A stretch of DNA of 64,000 bases from Myxococcota bacterium (GCA_963676915.2 CAXXVK010000059.1:1-64000); one strand, 5' to 3'. Positions 19,808 to 30,379 are shown, counted from the first letter of the stretch. The notes: generated by a model not told the origin, from the letters alone. Numbers and translations: made by a program.

Positions 19808-21603
19808 TCGTCCTTAAGGTAGAACAGCGCAGCAACCAAAACGGTCCGTTGGACGGTCATCCCGGCGACGTGCTGGACGATCACCAGGTCCGGCGGGAAA
19901 TCGAGCTTGCGCAACCGGGGGACGAACTGGTTTTCGTTGGCGGCGAACCCACATTGAACCCCGATCTGCTCCGTTGGCTCCACCTATGTACCGATTCCGG
20001 TCATCCTACGGCGCTCGTCACGAACGGGATGCGTTTCGCCGATCCTGCCTATGCCCGTGCAGCAGCGACGATGGGATTGGACCGCGCCGTGGTTTCGTTG
20101 CATACCGCCTATGAAGAGAAAAACGACCTCCTCGTCCGAACGCCGGGAGCCTGGAAACTGGCGCTGCAAGGAATCCGAACGCTGTATTCCCTGCCGATCC
20201 CCGTTGCGGTTCGTTGTTCGCTGTGCCAGATCAACCGCGACGACCTCCCCGGCCTGATTCGCTTGCTCAATGAAACATTCGATAAACCGCTGCCGTTGGT
20301 TGTGGAGATTTTCTCACCCGAGACAGGACATCCTTTCGAAAAAGAAGCCTTGTCGCTGCTGGAAACGGTGCAAGCGCTTGACGAAGCGACGGATCTTGCC
20401 GCCTCTCTGAACTTTCCCTTGCGCCTGTCCGACCGCGACGGTCCACCGCTGTGCCTGCTTCCGGGAAAAGAGCGCTTTTTCGACCGTTTCGACGCGATTC
20501 GAAACGATTTTTCCTTCCAGCCCGAAGAAGGATTTCAACAGGGACCGCCTTGTATGTCCTGCGTCTGGCGGGATCGATGCAGCGGTATCAAGGAAAACAC
20601 GATTCGGCGTTTCGGTTGGGACGGTCTTCGGTCCGTCCTCGATGCACCGTCAGAGCCGGGCCGGGGTCGCGACCGTCCCGCTCGGGGATTCGAGTCTGCC
20701 GGGAGACGGCAAGTGCTTGATTTTTCATTAGGTTCCCACTGTGTAAATGATTGCCTGTTCTGTGTCGAAGGCGGAAAATCGCCTCGGCGGGAAATCCACG
20801 ATGTGCAAACCGTGGAAACGATCATGCGCCAGGCGGATGATCCCTCGTGGGTGACTTTCGCCGGAGGGGAACCGACTCTCAATCCTTCGTTTTTCGACGT
20901 TCTTCAGCGTGCTCGCCGCCATGGCGCCAAGAGAATATCCGTCGTTTCCAACGGCTGCCGGTTTGTCGAGTTGTCGTTTCTGCAAAAGGCGGTAGACAGC
21001 GGCCTGAGCGAGTTACGGCTCTCGGTACATGGCGTTTCCGCAGGAACGCACGATGCCTTGACCTGTCGCAAAGGCAGTTTCGAAGATCTTCGCCGCGCCT
21101 GCGCCAACGTGCGTTCGATTCGGCAAAACGGCGAAAAGCTGTCCTTGATCGTGCAAACCTGCGTCAATCGGGAAAACATGCGAGAGCTTGGAGCCATGCA
21201 TGCTTTGCTGTCTCGCTGGGGTGTGAATCGCTGGTCGCTCAACGTGATCGAACCCGCCGGTTCGGCGATTCGCCATTTCGACGATCTCGTCCCGAAGATG
21301 AGCACGTTAGGCCCGTTGCTCGAAGAACAACTCGGCGAGGTCGAACCCGAGTCGGACCCTGAAATCCGTATCGACAGCCTGCCCGCCTGTGTGGCTCCGA
21401 ACCTGCGGACGGCGTTCGGCCTGCGAACGACGATAAGCAAACCCGGCTTGAACGGTGCGTTGGAAGTGGAAGAACCGCTGCGAGGAAAATCCTTCGGTCC
21501 CCCCTGTGAGACCTGTACCGAGCGGGGCAAACACTGCGAAGGTGTCTGGAACGAATACATCCGCCGTTTCGGCTGGGAGGAGTTCGAGCCGCTCGAAGAT
21601 TGA
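19804..21603 (+). CDS. Tandem two-domain radical SAM protein; N-terminal domain lacks the cluster Cys
   Basis: Two GGEPTL motifs. The second domain has CVNDCLFC; the first has SNQNGPLD. Each domain ends in a CxxC..C.G auxiliary motif. Confidence 0.82.
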   Translation: MIVLKVEQRSNQNGPLDGHPGDVLDDHQVRREIELAQPGDELVFVGGEPTLNPDLLRWLHLCTDSGHPTALVTNGMRFADPAYARAAATMGLDRAVVSLHTAYEEKNDLLVRTPGAWKLALQGIRTLYSLPIPVAVRCSLCQINRDDLPGLIRLLNETFDKPLPLVVEIFSPETGHPFEKEALSLLETVQALDEATDLAASLNFPLRLSDRDGPPLCLLPGKERFFDRFDAIRNDFSFQPEEGFQQGPPCMSCVWRDRCSGIKENTIRRFGWDGLRSVLDAPSEPGRGRDRPARGFESAGRRQVLDFSLGSHCVNDCLFCVEGGKSPRREIHDVQTVETIMRQADDPSWVTFAGGEPTLNPSFFDVLQRARRHGAKRISVVSNGCRFVELSFLQKAVDSGLSELRLSVHGVSAGTHDALTCRKGSFEDLRRACANVRSIRQNGEKLSLIVQTCVNRENMRELGAMHALLSRWGVNRWSLNVIEPAGSAIRHFDDLVPKMSTLGPLLEEQLGEVEPESDPEIRIDSLPACVAPNLRTAFGLRTTISKPGLNGALEVEEPLRGKSFGPPCETCTERGKHCEGVWNEYIRRFGWEEFEPLED

Positions 21604-21613
21604 CGAGAGTGAA

Positions 21614-22009
21614 TCAGGCCGCCCCACCGAAATGGTGAACGAAAAAACCGATTCCGGACCACAGAACGCCTTGCCAGACAACTAGTTGCAGTCCCCATCC
21701 ACGAAACCAGATTCCTAAAATTCCTGTCCAGACCAAGGCCATCGCCGCGCAAAAACCGCCCCAGATCGGCCAATCGCCGCTCAAAGCCGGATACACGAAA
21801 AACGCCGGAATCGTGAAAACGAACGCCACGAACGATGAGGTGAGAATTCCCAGAATCCACAAGCGCCGATCCGCCGTGTCACGGACCCACGGACCGAACT
21901 CCTTGCGTAAAAAGCTCAGAACCCAGTCCCGCATCAATACGGAAGCCAGCGCCACAAGCGTCGCCGTTGCACCCGCCGCCGCAATGTTGTTCGACCAGGA
22001 TGATTCCAC
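21614..22009 (-). CDS. Hypothetical membrane protein
   Basis: 131 aa with four hydrophobic segments. Confidence 0.55.
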   Translation of the reverse strand: MESSWSNNIAAAGATATLVALASVLMRDWVLSFLRKEFGPWVRDTADRRLWILGILTSSFVAFVFTIPAFFVYPALSGDWPIWGGFCAAMALVWTGILGIWFRGWGLQLVVWQGVLWSGIGFFVHHFGGAA

Positions 22010-22166
22010 GAGATTCCTTCGTTCCCTTCGTTGAGCTTTTCCAAGTGCTCATGATTATTTTAAGTATAATTCTAACATGAAAGCCCATTCGGGGCAAGGT
22101 TTGGATGGTACGGAAAACCTGGGATAGCAAAACGGAACATATCTTGAGAGGAAAAATGCAAACAGC

Positions 22167-23642
22167 TTACGGCAAGATTTTCCGCAATCTCCTGCGGTCT
22201 TCCTCATCGACTTCCCCCGTCACCCACAACACCAGCGGAAACGTCAGCCCGGCAGCGGCAAGACGAAGCCATACCCAAAGCACCGACGTACCGGGAATCG
22301 CCCAGGCAAGGGTCGTCGCTATCGCAAGCCCCAACAAGACTCGCAATAACGTTTTGGCGGGAAACAGCGTCCCGAACTGGCGATAGATCGCGACAAATGC
22401 GGCAAGACAACCCAGGAAAAACGCGCCGGATGTGGCGACACCCGCGCCAAGCAGTTGCATTTGGGGAATCAGCAGGTAATTCAAGGAAACGCTGGCCGCC
22501 AACGTGATTCCGGCTATGGCGAGCGCGTACCAGGGCTTTCCGGCGGCATTGAGCATCGCCAGTACGACGCCCAGCAGGGTAAATGCGATATATCCCAACG
22601 CAAGCAGGCGCAGCACCGGGGCGGCATCAGCATACGCGGGCGGAAACACCAGTTGCATCGCCAAAGCCGGAGCCGCCACGAAAGGCGTGGCAAACAAGGT
22701 CGAACCCACCAGCGCATAACGCAGCGACCCGGAAACCGTACGGCGCAAACCTTCGATATCTTTCGAGAAAACAGCCGAAGAGACAAAAGGGAACATGACC
22801 AGTGTAATCGCCATGGTCGCTTGATAAGGAAGCCTCGCCAGGTTTACGGCAGCGGCATACAATCCGGCAAAGGCATAGTCTTCTCCCGAACCGAGCCGTC
22901 CCTTGACGAGAAAAAGATCCGCCTGAAGAATCAGGTTGAGAACGAGGGCATAGCACAACACGGGAAAGACAAATCGCAGAATCTCTCGCACACCGGGCGG
23001 TTCCGTTTTACCGTCAATTTTCGTGTCTTCGGGAGGTGTACGCAGCACTGCCAGAATGCTCAGTCCCAGGAAAAGAGCGACCGTTCCCACAAATCCGGCG
23101 ACCGCACCCATCACGCCATACCCCAACGCAACGAGAAGCAGGATCGATCCGATTTTGACGGTGGCGAACCCGGCATCCAATCCAGCCTGAACGTGGAAGC
23201 GTTTCTGTCCGTTGACAATCCCGACGAACAGGGCATAAAAGCTGTATCCCAACGTCACCGCCGATCCCAGCCGAAGGTACGGCGCAAGGCTGGGATCTCC
23301 CAGACGCCGAGAGACTTCCGGAGCAGCGACAATCAACCCAGCACAAAGCGTAAACCCTAGAAACGACTGAACTTTCACCATAGGACGCGCCACGAGCCAG
23401 GGTTGGCTTGGACAATGGCTGGCAAAGCGTGAGGCGGCTTGCAAAGCACCGGTGATCATCACCATGTTCAGCACGGCCAGCGTTCCCATCACGATCGAGA
23501 ACTTCCCGTACAACCCTACGCCGTTGGATCCGAGCAGACGCGGCAGCACCAGCACCAATAAAGCGCCCATTCCAAGGAAATACCCCTTGGCCGCCGTGAT
23601 ATACAAGGCTCCCCGTCCGGCCTGTTTGGAAACGTCCGCCAT
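22167..23642 (-). CDS. Polysaccharide/oligosaccharide flippase (MOP/Wzx-like)
   Basis: About 14 TM segments, with LPRLLG..GVGLYG, AGLYAAA, and LNYLLIPQMQLLGAGVAT. Confidence 0.85.
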   Translation of the reverse strand: MADVSKQAGRGALYITAAKGYFLGMGALLVLVLPRLLGSNGVGLYGKFSIVMGTLAVLNMVMITGALQAASRFASHCPSQPWLVARPMVKVQSFLGFTLCAGLIVAAPEVSRRLGDPSLAPYLRLGSAVTLGYSFYALFVGIVNGQKRFHVQAGLDAGFATVKIGSILLLVALGYGVMGAVAGFVGTVALFLGLSILAVLRTPPEDTKIDGKTEPPGVREILRFVFPVLCYALVLNLILQADLFLVKGRLGSGEDYAFAGLYAAAVNLARLPYQATMAITLVMFPFVSSAVFSKDIEGLRRTVSGSLRYALVGSTLFATPFVAAPALAMQLVFPPAYADAAPVLRLLALGYIAFTLLGVVLAMLNAAGKPWYALAIAGITLAASVSLNYLLIPQMQLLGAGVATSGAFFLGCLAAFVAIYRQFGTLFPAKTLLRVLLGLAIATTLAWAIPGTSVLWVWLRLAAAGLTFPLVLWVTGEVDEEDRRRLRKILP

Positions 23643-23988
23643 TTGTCGTCCTCGGTTCTTTGGATCGATTCCCGCACGAAACGACATCGTTATACACGGT
23701 TTTGCATGGATTGCGTGAATTATTTGTCGGAAACGGGCAAGAAAGGGGCCGTTATCCATCGAATTGAAGCAAGACATCGCCGGAAAATCCATTCCCCTTA
23801 CATGGTCGTCAGCTGACGGGAAAACCGGTCTGCATGTCTAGCTTTTCCAACGCTTCGACCAATACTTTCACTTGACGCTTTTTTATGCGGCATGCGAATA
23901 TGCTTTCATTTCGGACAGCAATGCCTGAGAGTTATAAAATCTTTGCTTTTTTCCGAAGGATGTTGTAAAAACTCTGAAATTTTGAGAT

Positions 23989-24064
23989 GCCAACGTAGCT
24001 CAGTTGGTAGAGCAGCTGATTCGTAATCAGCAGGTCAGGAGTTCAAGTCTCCTCGTTGGCTCCA
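23989..24064 (+). tRNA. trnT: tRNA-Thr(CGT)
   Basis: 76-nt cloverleaf GCCAACG...CGTTGGC-T-CCA, anticodon loop TT-CGT-AA, T-loop TTCAAGT. Confidence 0.97.
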
Positions 24065-24083
24065 GTAAATTCAAGCACTTACG
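24019..24083 (+). repeat. attL (tRNA 3' half plus flank)
   Basis: 65-bp direct repeat with 40707..40771, 2 mismatches. Confidence 0.9.
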
Positions 24084-24104
24084 TTAAATCGTGAGTGCTT
24101 TTTT
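24073..24104 (+). terminator. Intrinsic terminator after tRNA-Thr
   Basis: AAGCACTTACG-loop-CGTGAGTGCTT followed by a T-run. Confidence 0.75.
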
Positions 24105-24281
24105 ATTGTCCGAGTAAGCAATGAGTAAGCATTTGACGAAAAGAAAATCAGTCGAAAAAGGCTATCGCCCATTTTCCCTATCGCTGAAATCGTGACTATT
24201 TCTTTTTTTGGGGAGGTGGCTACACAAGCACTCCGTCTGTGTTCGTAGTCCGTTTCAAAGCCTCAGTTAAAAACCTTCTAC

Positions 24282-24494
24282 TTGGCTCTTTCGGCAGGTG
24301 TCCCCATTCAACCGATGGTCGTCTTGGGAACGGAAAGAATCCTTCCGCCGGGTTCGAGGCGGATTCACTCCGGTTCGGCCATATTGCGGTTCGGCAAGCC
24401 GATTGAACTCAAAGAAAACGAGACGGTCGAAAGCTTGATGGAACGCACAAGGAGTTCCATCCAAGAATTGATCGATCAAGGCGAAGCGGGATAA
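24282..24494 (+). pseudogene. C-terminal fragment of a lysophospholipid acyltransferase (PlsC-like)
   Basis: LALSAGVPIQPMVVLGT.RILP.G.....G...LRFGKPI is present, but the N-terminal HxxxxD domain is not. Confidence 0.6.
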
Positions 24495-24686
24495 TTACAA
24501 GGATCAACGCACGCGTATTGTATGCATTGCAAAAATGTAAAGATTATATTTATAAAACTTTTCCAAACTGACTGTACGCCTTATATATTTATATCACGTT
24601 AATACTATGTCTCTCGAATTGGAGTGGAATCCGGCTAAATTTTCCCGTTTCACCACTCTGTTTTTGGAGTGGTGGCAGCGCTTCGG

Positions 24687-24977
24687 CTATGCAACCTTTT
24701 TTCTTTGTCTCGCCCTGCTTTTGAACTCCACAATATCAGCCATTGGCAAAGGGTATTTGATTCTGTACTTATTTGTTTGTGTGTGAATGGCGGATTTTCC
24801 GTCTGGCTGCTTTTCCCTTTTCACTTCAATGTATTCCTTTTCTTCGAGTTCTTTGCAGGCATTACAAATGCCCTGGTCTTTCAAGCCGGTATAAAAATTG
24901 ATTACACTGTACGCCGCTTCGAACCATTCTCCGGGTTTCACACCTTGATCCGTCATGATGTGCGATATTCCAGCCAT
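24687..24977 (-). CDS. Small winged-HTH protein (Rep/replication-initiator N-terminal-like), upstream region hit by IS
   Basis: TGLKDQGICNACKELEEKEYIEVKR...TNKYRI resembles a wHTH. Confidence 0.4.
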   Translation of the reverse strand: MAGISHIMTDQGVKPGEWFEAAYSVINFYTGLKDQGICNACKELEEKEYIEVKREKQPDGKSAIHTQTNKYRIKYPLPMADIVEFKSRARQRKKVA

Positions 24978-24999
24978 GAATTTTAACTGATTGCCTTTA

Positions 25000-25866
25000 G
25001 ACAGTGTCGACACGAGAAAACGATTTATCTGGACAAAATCCTCGGCTTCTCGATATATTTCTATTTACTAGAATATATCGAGAGGAATTACCATGGAAGC
25101 TGCCTACCATCGTCACGATATTTCCGATCACGTATGGAATCTCCTGGAACCCCATCTACCTGGACGCTCCGGCGAGTGGGGAGGCGTGGCGGAAGACAAT
25201 CGACGATTCATCAATGCTGTTTTCTGGATTCTGCGTACCGGTGCGCCGTGGCGTGACCTACCCCCGGATTACGGTGGCTGGAACAACACGAACCGTCGTT
25301 TTTGCCGATGGCGCGACAAGGGAATCTGGGAGAAATTGCTTGAGATCCTCATTGACGATCCCGACTACGAATGGTTGATGATCGACGCCAGCCACGTCAA
25401 AGTGCATCCTGACGCCGCAGGAGCGAAGGGTGGCAATCAAGCGATGGGCCGTACAAAAGGGGGCTCAACAGTAAGATACATTTGGCCGTGGATGCGCATG
25501 GTAATCCAGTCCGAGCGATTGTTACAGAGGGTACCCGAGCAGATTGCAAGGAAGCTTGCGCATTGATCGAAGGAATCGACGCCGAGTATTTATTGGCTGA
25601 TCGCGGCTACGATACGAACGTGATCCTTGAAAAAGCCGAAAACGCGGAGATGGTGGCAGTCATTCCTCCGAAAAAGAATCGGAAAGTTCAACGACCATAC
25701 GATAAAGAGCTTTATCGTGTTCGACATCTGGTCGAAAACGCTTTTCTGAAACTGAAACGATGGCGAGGAATCGCTACACGATACGCAAAAAACGCGGCAT
25801 CTTTCCTCGCAGCCGTTCATATCAGATGTCTCGCTCTCTGGCTTGATATCTCGTGACGACACTGCC
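25000..25866 (+). mobile_element. IS5-family (IS427-like group) insertion sequence
   Basis: 18-bp terminal inverted repeats GACAGTGTCGACACGAGA / GGCAGTGTCGTCACGAGA (2 mismatches), with TA on both flanks (24998-24999, 25867-25868). Confidence 0.9.
25093..25856 (+). CDS. IS5-family transposase, two ORFs joined by a -1 frameshift
   Basis: ORF A has LRTGAPWRDLP..YG.W and MIDAS. ORF B has LLADRGYD and RHLVENAFLKLKRWRGIATRY. Slippery AAAAGGGGG at 25455-25463. Confidence 0.92.
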
Positions 25867-25877
25867 TAGCAAAAATG

Positions 25878-26001
25878 TTGACAAATCGCCAGTTTTGGGT
25901 AACCTGTTTCCAGTGTAGCTTCCCCAGGTTCGAAGCCTTTTCACGACAAGGCTAAAAGCCGAAGGAATCCGCCCCACCTTCCGGTGGGGCGACCTTTTTT
26001 T
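25878..26001 (+). ncRNA. Putative small RNA (promoter + ~90 nt + terminator), ctRNA-like
   Basis: TTGACA-N16-TAACCT, internal hairpin AGCCTT..AAGGCT, and terminator CGCCCCACC-TTCC-GGTGGGGCG followed by a T-run. No ORF. Confidence 0.4.
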
Positions 26002-26083
26002 AGAGTCCTGCCAAAGTTCAAATTACGATCGTACTTGGTCATTCCGATAAATATACCTTCTACTTCTCTCTTGTCACAGTTTG

Positions 26084-26183
26084 TTCCACCATCCCCGCCC
26101 AGACCTCAAACTGAGCATCGAGCAACGCCCGTTCCAGGTCTTCCGTCTCCTCATCCCTAAGCGGACGTAGGGTGAGGGTTTCC
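26084..26183. repeat. 100-bp imperfect direct repeat, left copy
   Basis: Matches 32721..32820. Both encode LTLRPL...E.EDLERALLDAQFE.WAGMVE on the minus strand. Confidence 0.85.
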
Positions 26184-26633
26184 GTCGGCGGGATGAAATG
26201 ATCCGAATACCGCCTCTTATAATGACCTACAGCAGCCGAAATCCCGGATGGCGGGTTTTGACCCTCACGATGACCTGATCGTTGCTTAGGCGAGCAATTT
26301 CGTGGTGGATGACTTTGAAACAAGATATCTGCGTTTCAATCAACAGATCGGGACTCTGAGTGTTTTCTGGCAGACCACAGGACCAAGTATCGAATATGAA
26401 TAACAGCGACGTCCAAAGGTCAAAAAAAACAAAAAGGATACTTGTAGAAAAATGGAATTTGGCGTGAAATTATTGGGTGTTTTCACGCAAATACAAAACC
26501 TGATCGCTGTTTTTTTCCTTGAAGGAAATTGGTACTCCATATTTGTTAAATCGAGTCATTGTGCTAAACTCGGTGCATATTTGACGCACAATGAACCGAT
26601 TTCGCATCTTTTTGATAAGGAAGCTTTCGTACC

Positions 26634-27503
26634 ATGCAAACGATTTCGTGGTGGATCATCAAGGCAACATCGATCCTGGCAGTAACGTTCATTCTTATCG
26701 GGGGATTGCCCTCACTTCACGCCCAGCAAAAAACCGAAGGCATCGTGGTCTGGCGTATCGAGGCCAAATCCGGCGTTTCACAAGAGGATGTCGAGTCGCT
26801 GTCTGGCTACTTGGATGCCGAGGTACAGCGCCTTTCGGGAATGCGTGTCTTGTCGCAGGCGGATATCGAAACGGTGTTGCGCGTCGAGGAAACACGGCAG
26901 AAATGCGACTCCACCAATACTGCCTGCATGGCGGAAATTGGCGCGGCACTGGGAGTACCGGAAGCTGTAAGTGGTGACTTGGGGCGTGTAGGGGATGTCT
27001 GGATTCTCAACTTGCGGCGGGTGAACCTGCGGGAGGTCGGAGTGCTCAAGCGTGCCAGCCGACAGGCCAAAGGGCGTTCGATCACCACGATGGTGGATGC
27101 TCTTCCCGGAGCCGTGGCGGAGCTTTTCGATAAAAAGACTGAAAAAAAGAGTCCTTACGAAATCGCCGCCTACTCGACGTTTTTTCCCGGTTTGGCGCTG
27201 GTGGCATTGGGAGGTGTCGGTACTTGGCAGATGAAGGATGCTTGGGACGAGTACAAGGCTGCGCCCATCGGTTCCCAAAAGGAAAAGGATGCCAAAGACT
27301 GCCATGCTACCTGGAAAGGCGTCTCCACGGCGGCGTATGTAGTTGGTGGCGCGGCCATGGTCACCGGCATTACGTTGTGGATCGTCGATGCCGTGAAAAA
27401 GAATCCGTCTACCGAGAAAAAAGCCGACGAGGCCACGGAGGTCGGGTGGATCGTCGGACCTTCCGAAAATGGTATGACCCTGGGAGTCTGGGGGAGGTGG
27501 TGA
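26634..27503 (+). CDS. Exported protein with DUF2380/CsgG-like N-terminal domain and C-terminal membrane region
   Basis: Signal peptide, VLSQADIETVL...C.STNTACMAEIGAALGV...GDLGRVG, and hydrophobic hairpins with a GRW end. Confidence 0.6.
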   Translation: MQTISWWIIKATSILAVTFILIGGLPSLHAQQKTEGIVVWRIEAKSGVSQEDVESLSGYLDAEVQRLSGMRVLSQADIETVLRVEETRQKCDSTNTACMAEIGAALGVPEAVSGDLGRVGDVWILNLRRVNLREVGVLKRASRQAKGRSITTMVDALPGAVAELFDKKTEKKSPYEIAAYSTFFPGLALVALGGVGTWQMKDAWDEYKAAPIGSQKEKDAKDCHATWKGVSTAAYVVGGAAMVTGITLWIVDAVKKNPSTEKKADEATEVGWIVGPSENGMTLGVWGRW

Positions 27504-27504
27504 G

Positions 27505-27933
27505 ATGAGAATCCTACTGATATTGAGTGCTTGGGGTCTTCTTCTACTCTCTGGTTGCGAGTTCTGGAACCTTTCGGACAAGCATTCTTCGTTTGATGGA
27601 GACGAAGACCAGGACATCGACCTCACAGATACTGATATCGATCAGGTTGCGGACGAGGACGCCGTTTCGGAAACCGATGATTCGGCTGATGGGGACGAGG
27701 AAGACACGGTAGATGAAAACGACTCATCCGATAACGAGGAAACCGACAACGATGCTGTGGCACCAGGCTTCACGTTGCGTAACGGAACCTTTGCGCCGGG
27801 AGCTGTTACCCATTCGACAAGTACAAGCTGGGGTGTTTATGGGGGAATCGTCTCCACGCCACGAGCCACGGATTCGAAAAGCACGAGTTTTACGGTCACA
27901 GGCAAGACCGTTTGGAATGCACCGGAGGAGTAA
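27505..27933 (+). CDS. Lipoprotein with acidic linker
   Basis: Lipobox LSGC, D/E-rich spacer and a short beta-rich C-terminus. Confidence 0.7.
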   Translation: MRILLILSAWGLLLLSGCEFWNLSDKHSSFDGDEDQDIDLTDTDIDQVADEDAVSETDDSADGDEEDTVDENDSSDNEETDNDAVAPGFTLRNGTFAPGAVTHSTSTSWGVYGGIVSTPRATDSKSTSFTVTGKTVWNAPEE

Positions 27934-27934
27934 A

Positions 27935-30370
27935 ATGAGGAATTTGTTCCATCTTTTCACCGTTCTTTTCCTGGTTTCGGCCCTGGGTGTTGCTTACGCT
28001 CAGACCAACACCACGCTCCAGTATCAGGGGAGCCTTTTTGATTCTCAAGGTGCACCGGTGACGACCAACAAGACCATCACCTTCCGGCTTTTCAACGATG
28101 CGGAAACGGGGGAAAGCGGCGATGCCTTGTGGACCGAAACCTTGGCCGTGGACATTGCCGACGGCTTTTTTACCGTGCCTCTGGGAAGTGTGAACGCTTT
28201 CGACGAATCCGTCTTCAAGGAAACCGAACTCTGGCTGGAGTTGGAGATCGATAGCGAAACTCTCTCGCCTAGACAACCGGTTACCGCTGTTCCTTGGGCG
28301 CGACGAGCGTTTTCGGTGGAAGGCAAGGTGGAGGCTACGAGCATCACCAGCGAAGGTTCCGTGACAGTGGGTGGCAGCGAAGTCATCAACGCCAGTGGTC
28401 AGTGGGTGGGATCGACCCAGATGGCTACCGATCTTAACTGCTCTGAGTGTGTATCCAGCAGCGAAGTTGACTTCAACTATGCAGACAGTGCCAGCAAAGG
28501 CGGTCCCGCCGCCAGTGCTTTGACGGCAGATAGTGCCTCTGACTTGTCTTGTTTGGGCTGTGTCAGCGATACGGAGGTGGTGTTCAATGTTTGCGCCGCC
28601 AATGAGAACGGAGATGCAAATTACGCACTTAATAGCGATAAGCTGGATAATTTAGATTCCACGGCGTTTGAAGCTGCCGGTTCATCCGAAGCTGCGGTAG
28701 CGACTCACGAGGCGAATTATTCGCACCTTTCCCCCGAACAATTACAAGAGTTGGCTGGCTCTAAAGTCAGATCTTTTCAAGGGGATCGCGTACTTGGACC
28801 AAACGGCTCTTTTCAAAGCTATGTTCACGTTTTTGAGTCTGTGGAACCCAAAGTATATCTTTACCTGTATGGAAAATCGACGGCTTCGAATTCGGGTTAC
28901 CCGACCATGCCTTTGGGAACAATCATTGCGTGGGACAAAAGCCTCAATGATGCCACAGGTGATTTACCCGATGGGTTTGTTGAATGCAATGGACAATCGA
29001 TCTCTGATCCAAATAGTCCTTTAAATGGTATCACAATACCCAATCTAAATGGCGATAGTGAGAATCCCAAGAGATTTCTGCGAGGTGGCAATACATCCGG
29101 CAATTTTGTAGGAGAAGATGAACATACTCTAACCATTGCAGAACTACCTCCTCACTCTCATTCTGTTGGAGGCAGTTACAGCACTAATGGCTCTGAACAG
29201 AAAATTGGAAATACCACGAGAGGTGATAGTAACAATCAACCATATTCTATCACAAGCGGTTCAACTGGAAATGGAACTCCTTTCAACATTGTCCCTTCAA
29301 GTTACGAAGTTGTATGGATAATCAAGATCAAGGAGCCTCAAGTTTCTCCCACATCAATAGAAATTTGGATTGACGGTATGAATCAGACGGCTGAACTTTC
29401 CGATCAAAACAGCATGGGAGCTTCACACTACGATTCTGAAAACAACCGGTGGGGAACCGGATCGGTTTGGGAAACCGGAAGGCTGGATCTTTCGAATATC
29501 ATTTCATGGGATATTGGAACACATTCCATTGAATTCAAGGAAACCGGCGGCACGGGAGGACGATTGATATATTTCCTTTACGTCGTGCAGGCCGCTCCAC
29601 AGTCCATTGCATTCGCTAATGATACCTGCCAATCCCCTCAAGAAATCAACATTTCCTCGGGAGTGGCTACCGTTGGTGGAAGTACGGAGGATATGCTGGG
29701 AGAACATGCAGCGGAGGATGATTTATCCCCAGCGGATTGTGGTGGTGAAGGCGGTGGCGATGTGGTCTACAGCGTTACCTTACTGGAACGTTCCAGCCTG
29801 GAATTTAATGTAAACGCTCCATTTTCCCCTCGTACCTACGTGCTCGACTCGCCTTGTGAAAACGAATCCGTTATTGCGTGTGGGGAGGATTCGATATCTA
29901 CGGGGGAACTCGAAATCGGAACTTATTATTTCGTTGTAGATTCGGATGCCGCAGATCAAAATGGTGATTTTTCATTCACCGTCACGTCCAGTTCAACACC
30001 TCTGCCAGACAATGATAGTTGCTCATCGAGTGAAACTCTTGATGTTTCTTCAGAAAATGCCTCGACATCCGGGACGAATGAATTCGCCGTCAACCGGTAT
30101 GGCGGATCATGTGGCGGTGACGTGGGTTCGGATGTTGTCTATCAGTTCACCTTAACTGAAACACATGATCTGACCGCCACCTTAACTCCAACCTTCTCTG
30201 CCGTCATGTATCTTCGAGCCAATGACTGCGAATCGGGATTTGTAGTGACTTGTTCCGATACGAACACCATCAACCTTTCCGGGCTTGGCGCTGGAACGTA
30301 TTACCTCTTCGTCGATGGGGAAACTGCGCTTGATGAAGGCACTTTTGATCTGAGCATTCAGTTGGATTAG
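27935..30370 (+). CDS. Secreted fibre-like adhesin 1 (conserved N-terminal domain, phage tail-collar domain, two PPC-like repeats)
   Basis: Signal peptide; YQGSL..PR..AVPWA domain; MPLGTIIAW...LPDGFVECNGQ...IPNL...HTLTIAELPPHSH; two NDxC...GTYY.VD repeats. Confidence 0.75.
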   Translation: MRNLFHLFTVLFLVSALGVAYAQTNTTLQYQGSLFDSQGAPVTTNKTITFRLFNDAETGESGDALWTETLAVDIADGFFTVPLGSVNAFDESVFKETELWLELEIDSETLSPRQPVTAVPWARRAFSVEGKVEATSITSEGSVTVGGSEVINASGQWVGSTQMATDLNCSECVSSSEVDFNYADSASKGGPAASALTADSASDLSCLGCVSDTEVVFNVCAANENGDANYALNSDKLDNLDSTAFEAAGSSEAAVATHEANYSHLSPEQLQELAGSKVRSFQGDRVLGPNGSFQSYVHVFESVEPKVYLYLYGKSTASNSGYPTMPLGTIIAWDKSLNDATGDLPDGFVECNGQSISDPNSPLNGITIPNLNGDSENPKRFLRGGNTSGNFVGEDEHTLTIAELPPHSHSVGGSYSTNGSEQKIGNTTRGDSNNQPYSITSGSTGNGTPFNIVPSSYEVVWIIKIKEPQVSPTSIEIWIDGMNQTAELSDQNSMGASHYDSENNRWGTGSVWETGRLDLSNIISWDIGTHSIEFKETGGTGGRLIYFLYVVQAAPQSIAFANDTCQSPQEINISSGVATVGGSTEDMLGEHAAEDDLSPADCGGEGGGDVVYSVTLLERSSLEFNVNAPFSPRTYVLDSPCENESVIACGEDSISTGELEIGTYYFVVDSDAADQNGDFSFTVTSSSTPLPDNDSCSSSETLDVSSENASTSGTNEFAVNRYGGSCGGDVGSDVVYQFTLTETHDLTATLTPTFSAVMYLRANDCESGFVVTCSDTNTINLSGLGAGTYYLFVDGETALDEGTFDLSIQLD
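27995..28443 (+). repeat. 449-bp near-identical repeat shared by the two fibre genes (other copy 30437..30885)
   Basis: Direct comparison shows mostly synonymous differences. Confidence 0.9.
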
Positions 30371-30379
30371 GAGACGATC

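Noticed and set aside
25455-25463. Transposase frameshift as pseudogenisation or sequencing error
   Set aside because: A split at an A/G slippery run within the GRTKGG region is typical programmed frameshifting for this IS5 subgroup.
27713-27934. Upstream 74-codon extension of the 885-aa ORF
   Set aside because: It overlaps the lipoprotein gene. The true start is ATG 27935 after GGAGGAG, followed by a signal peptide.
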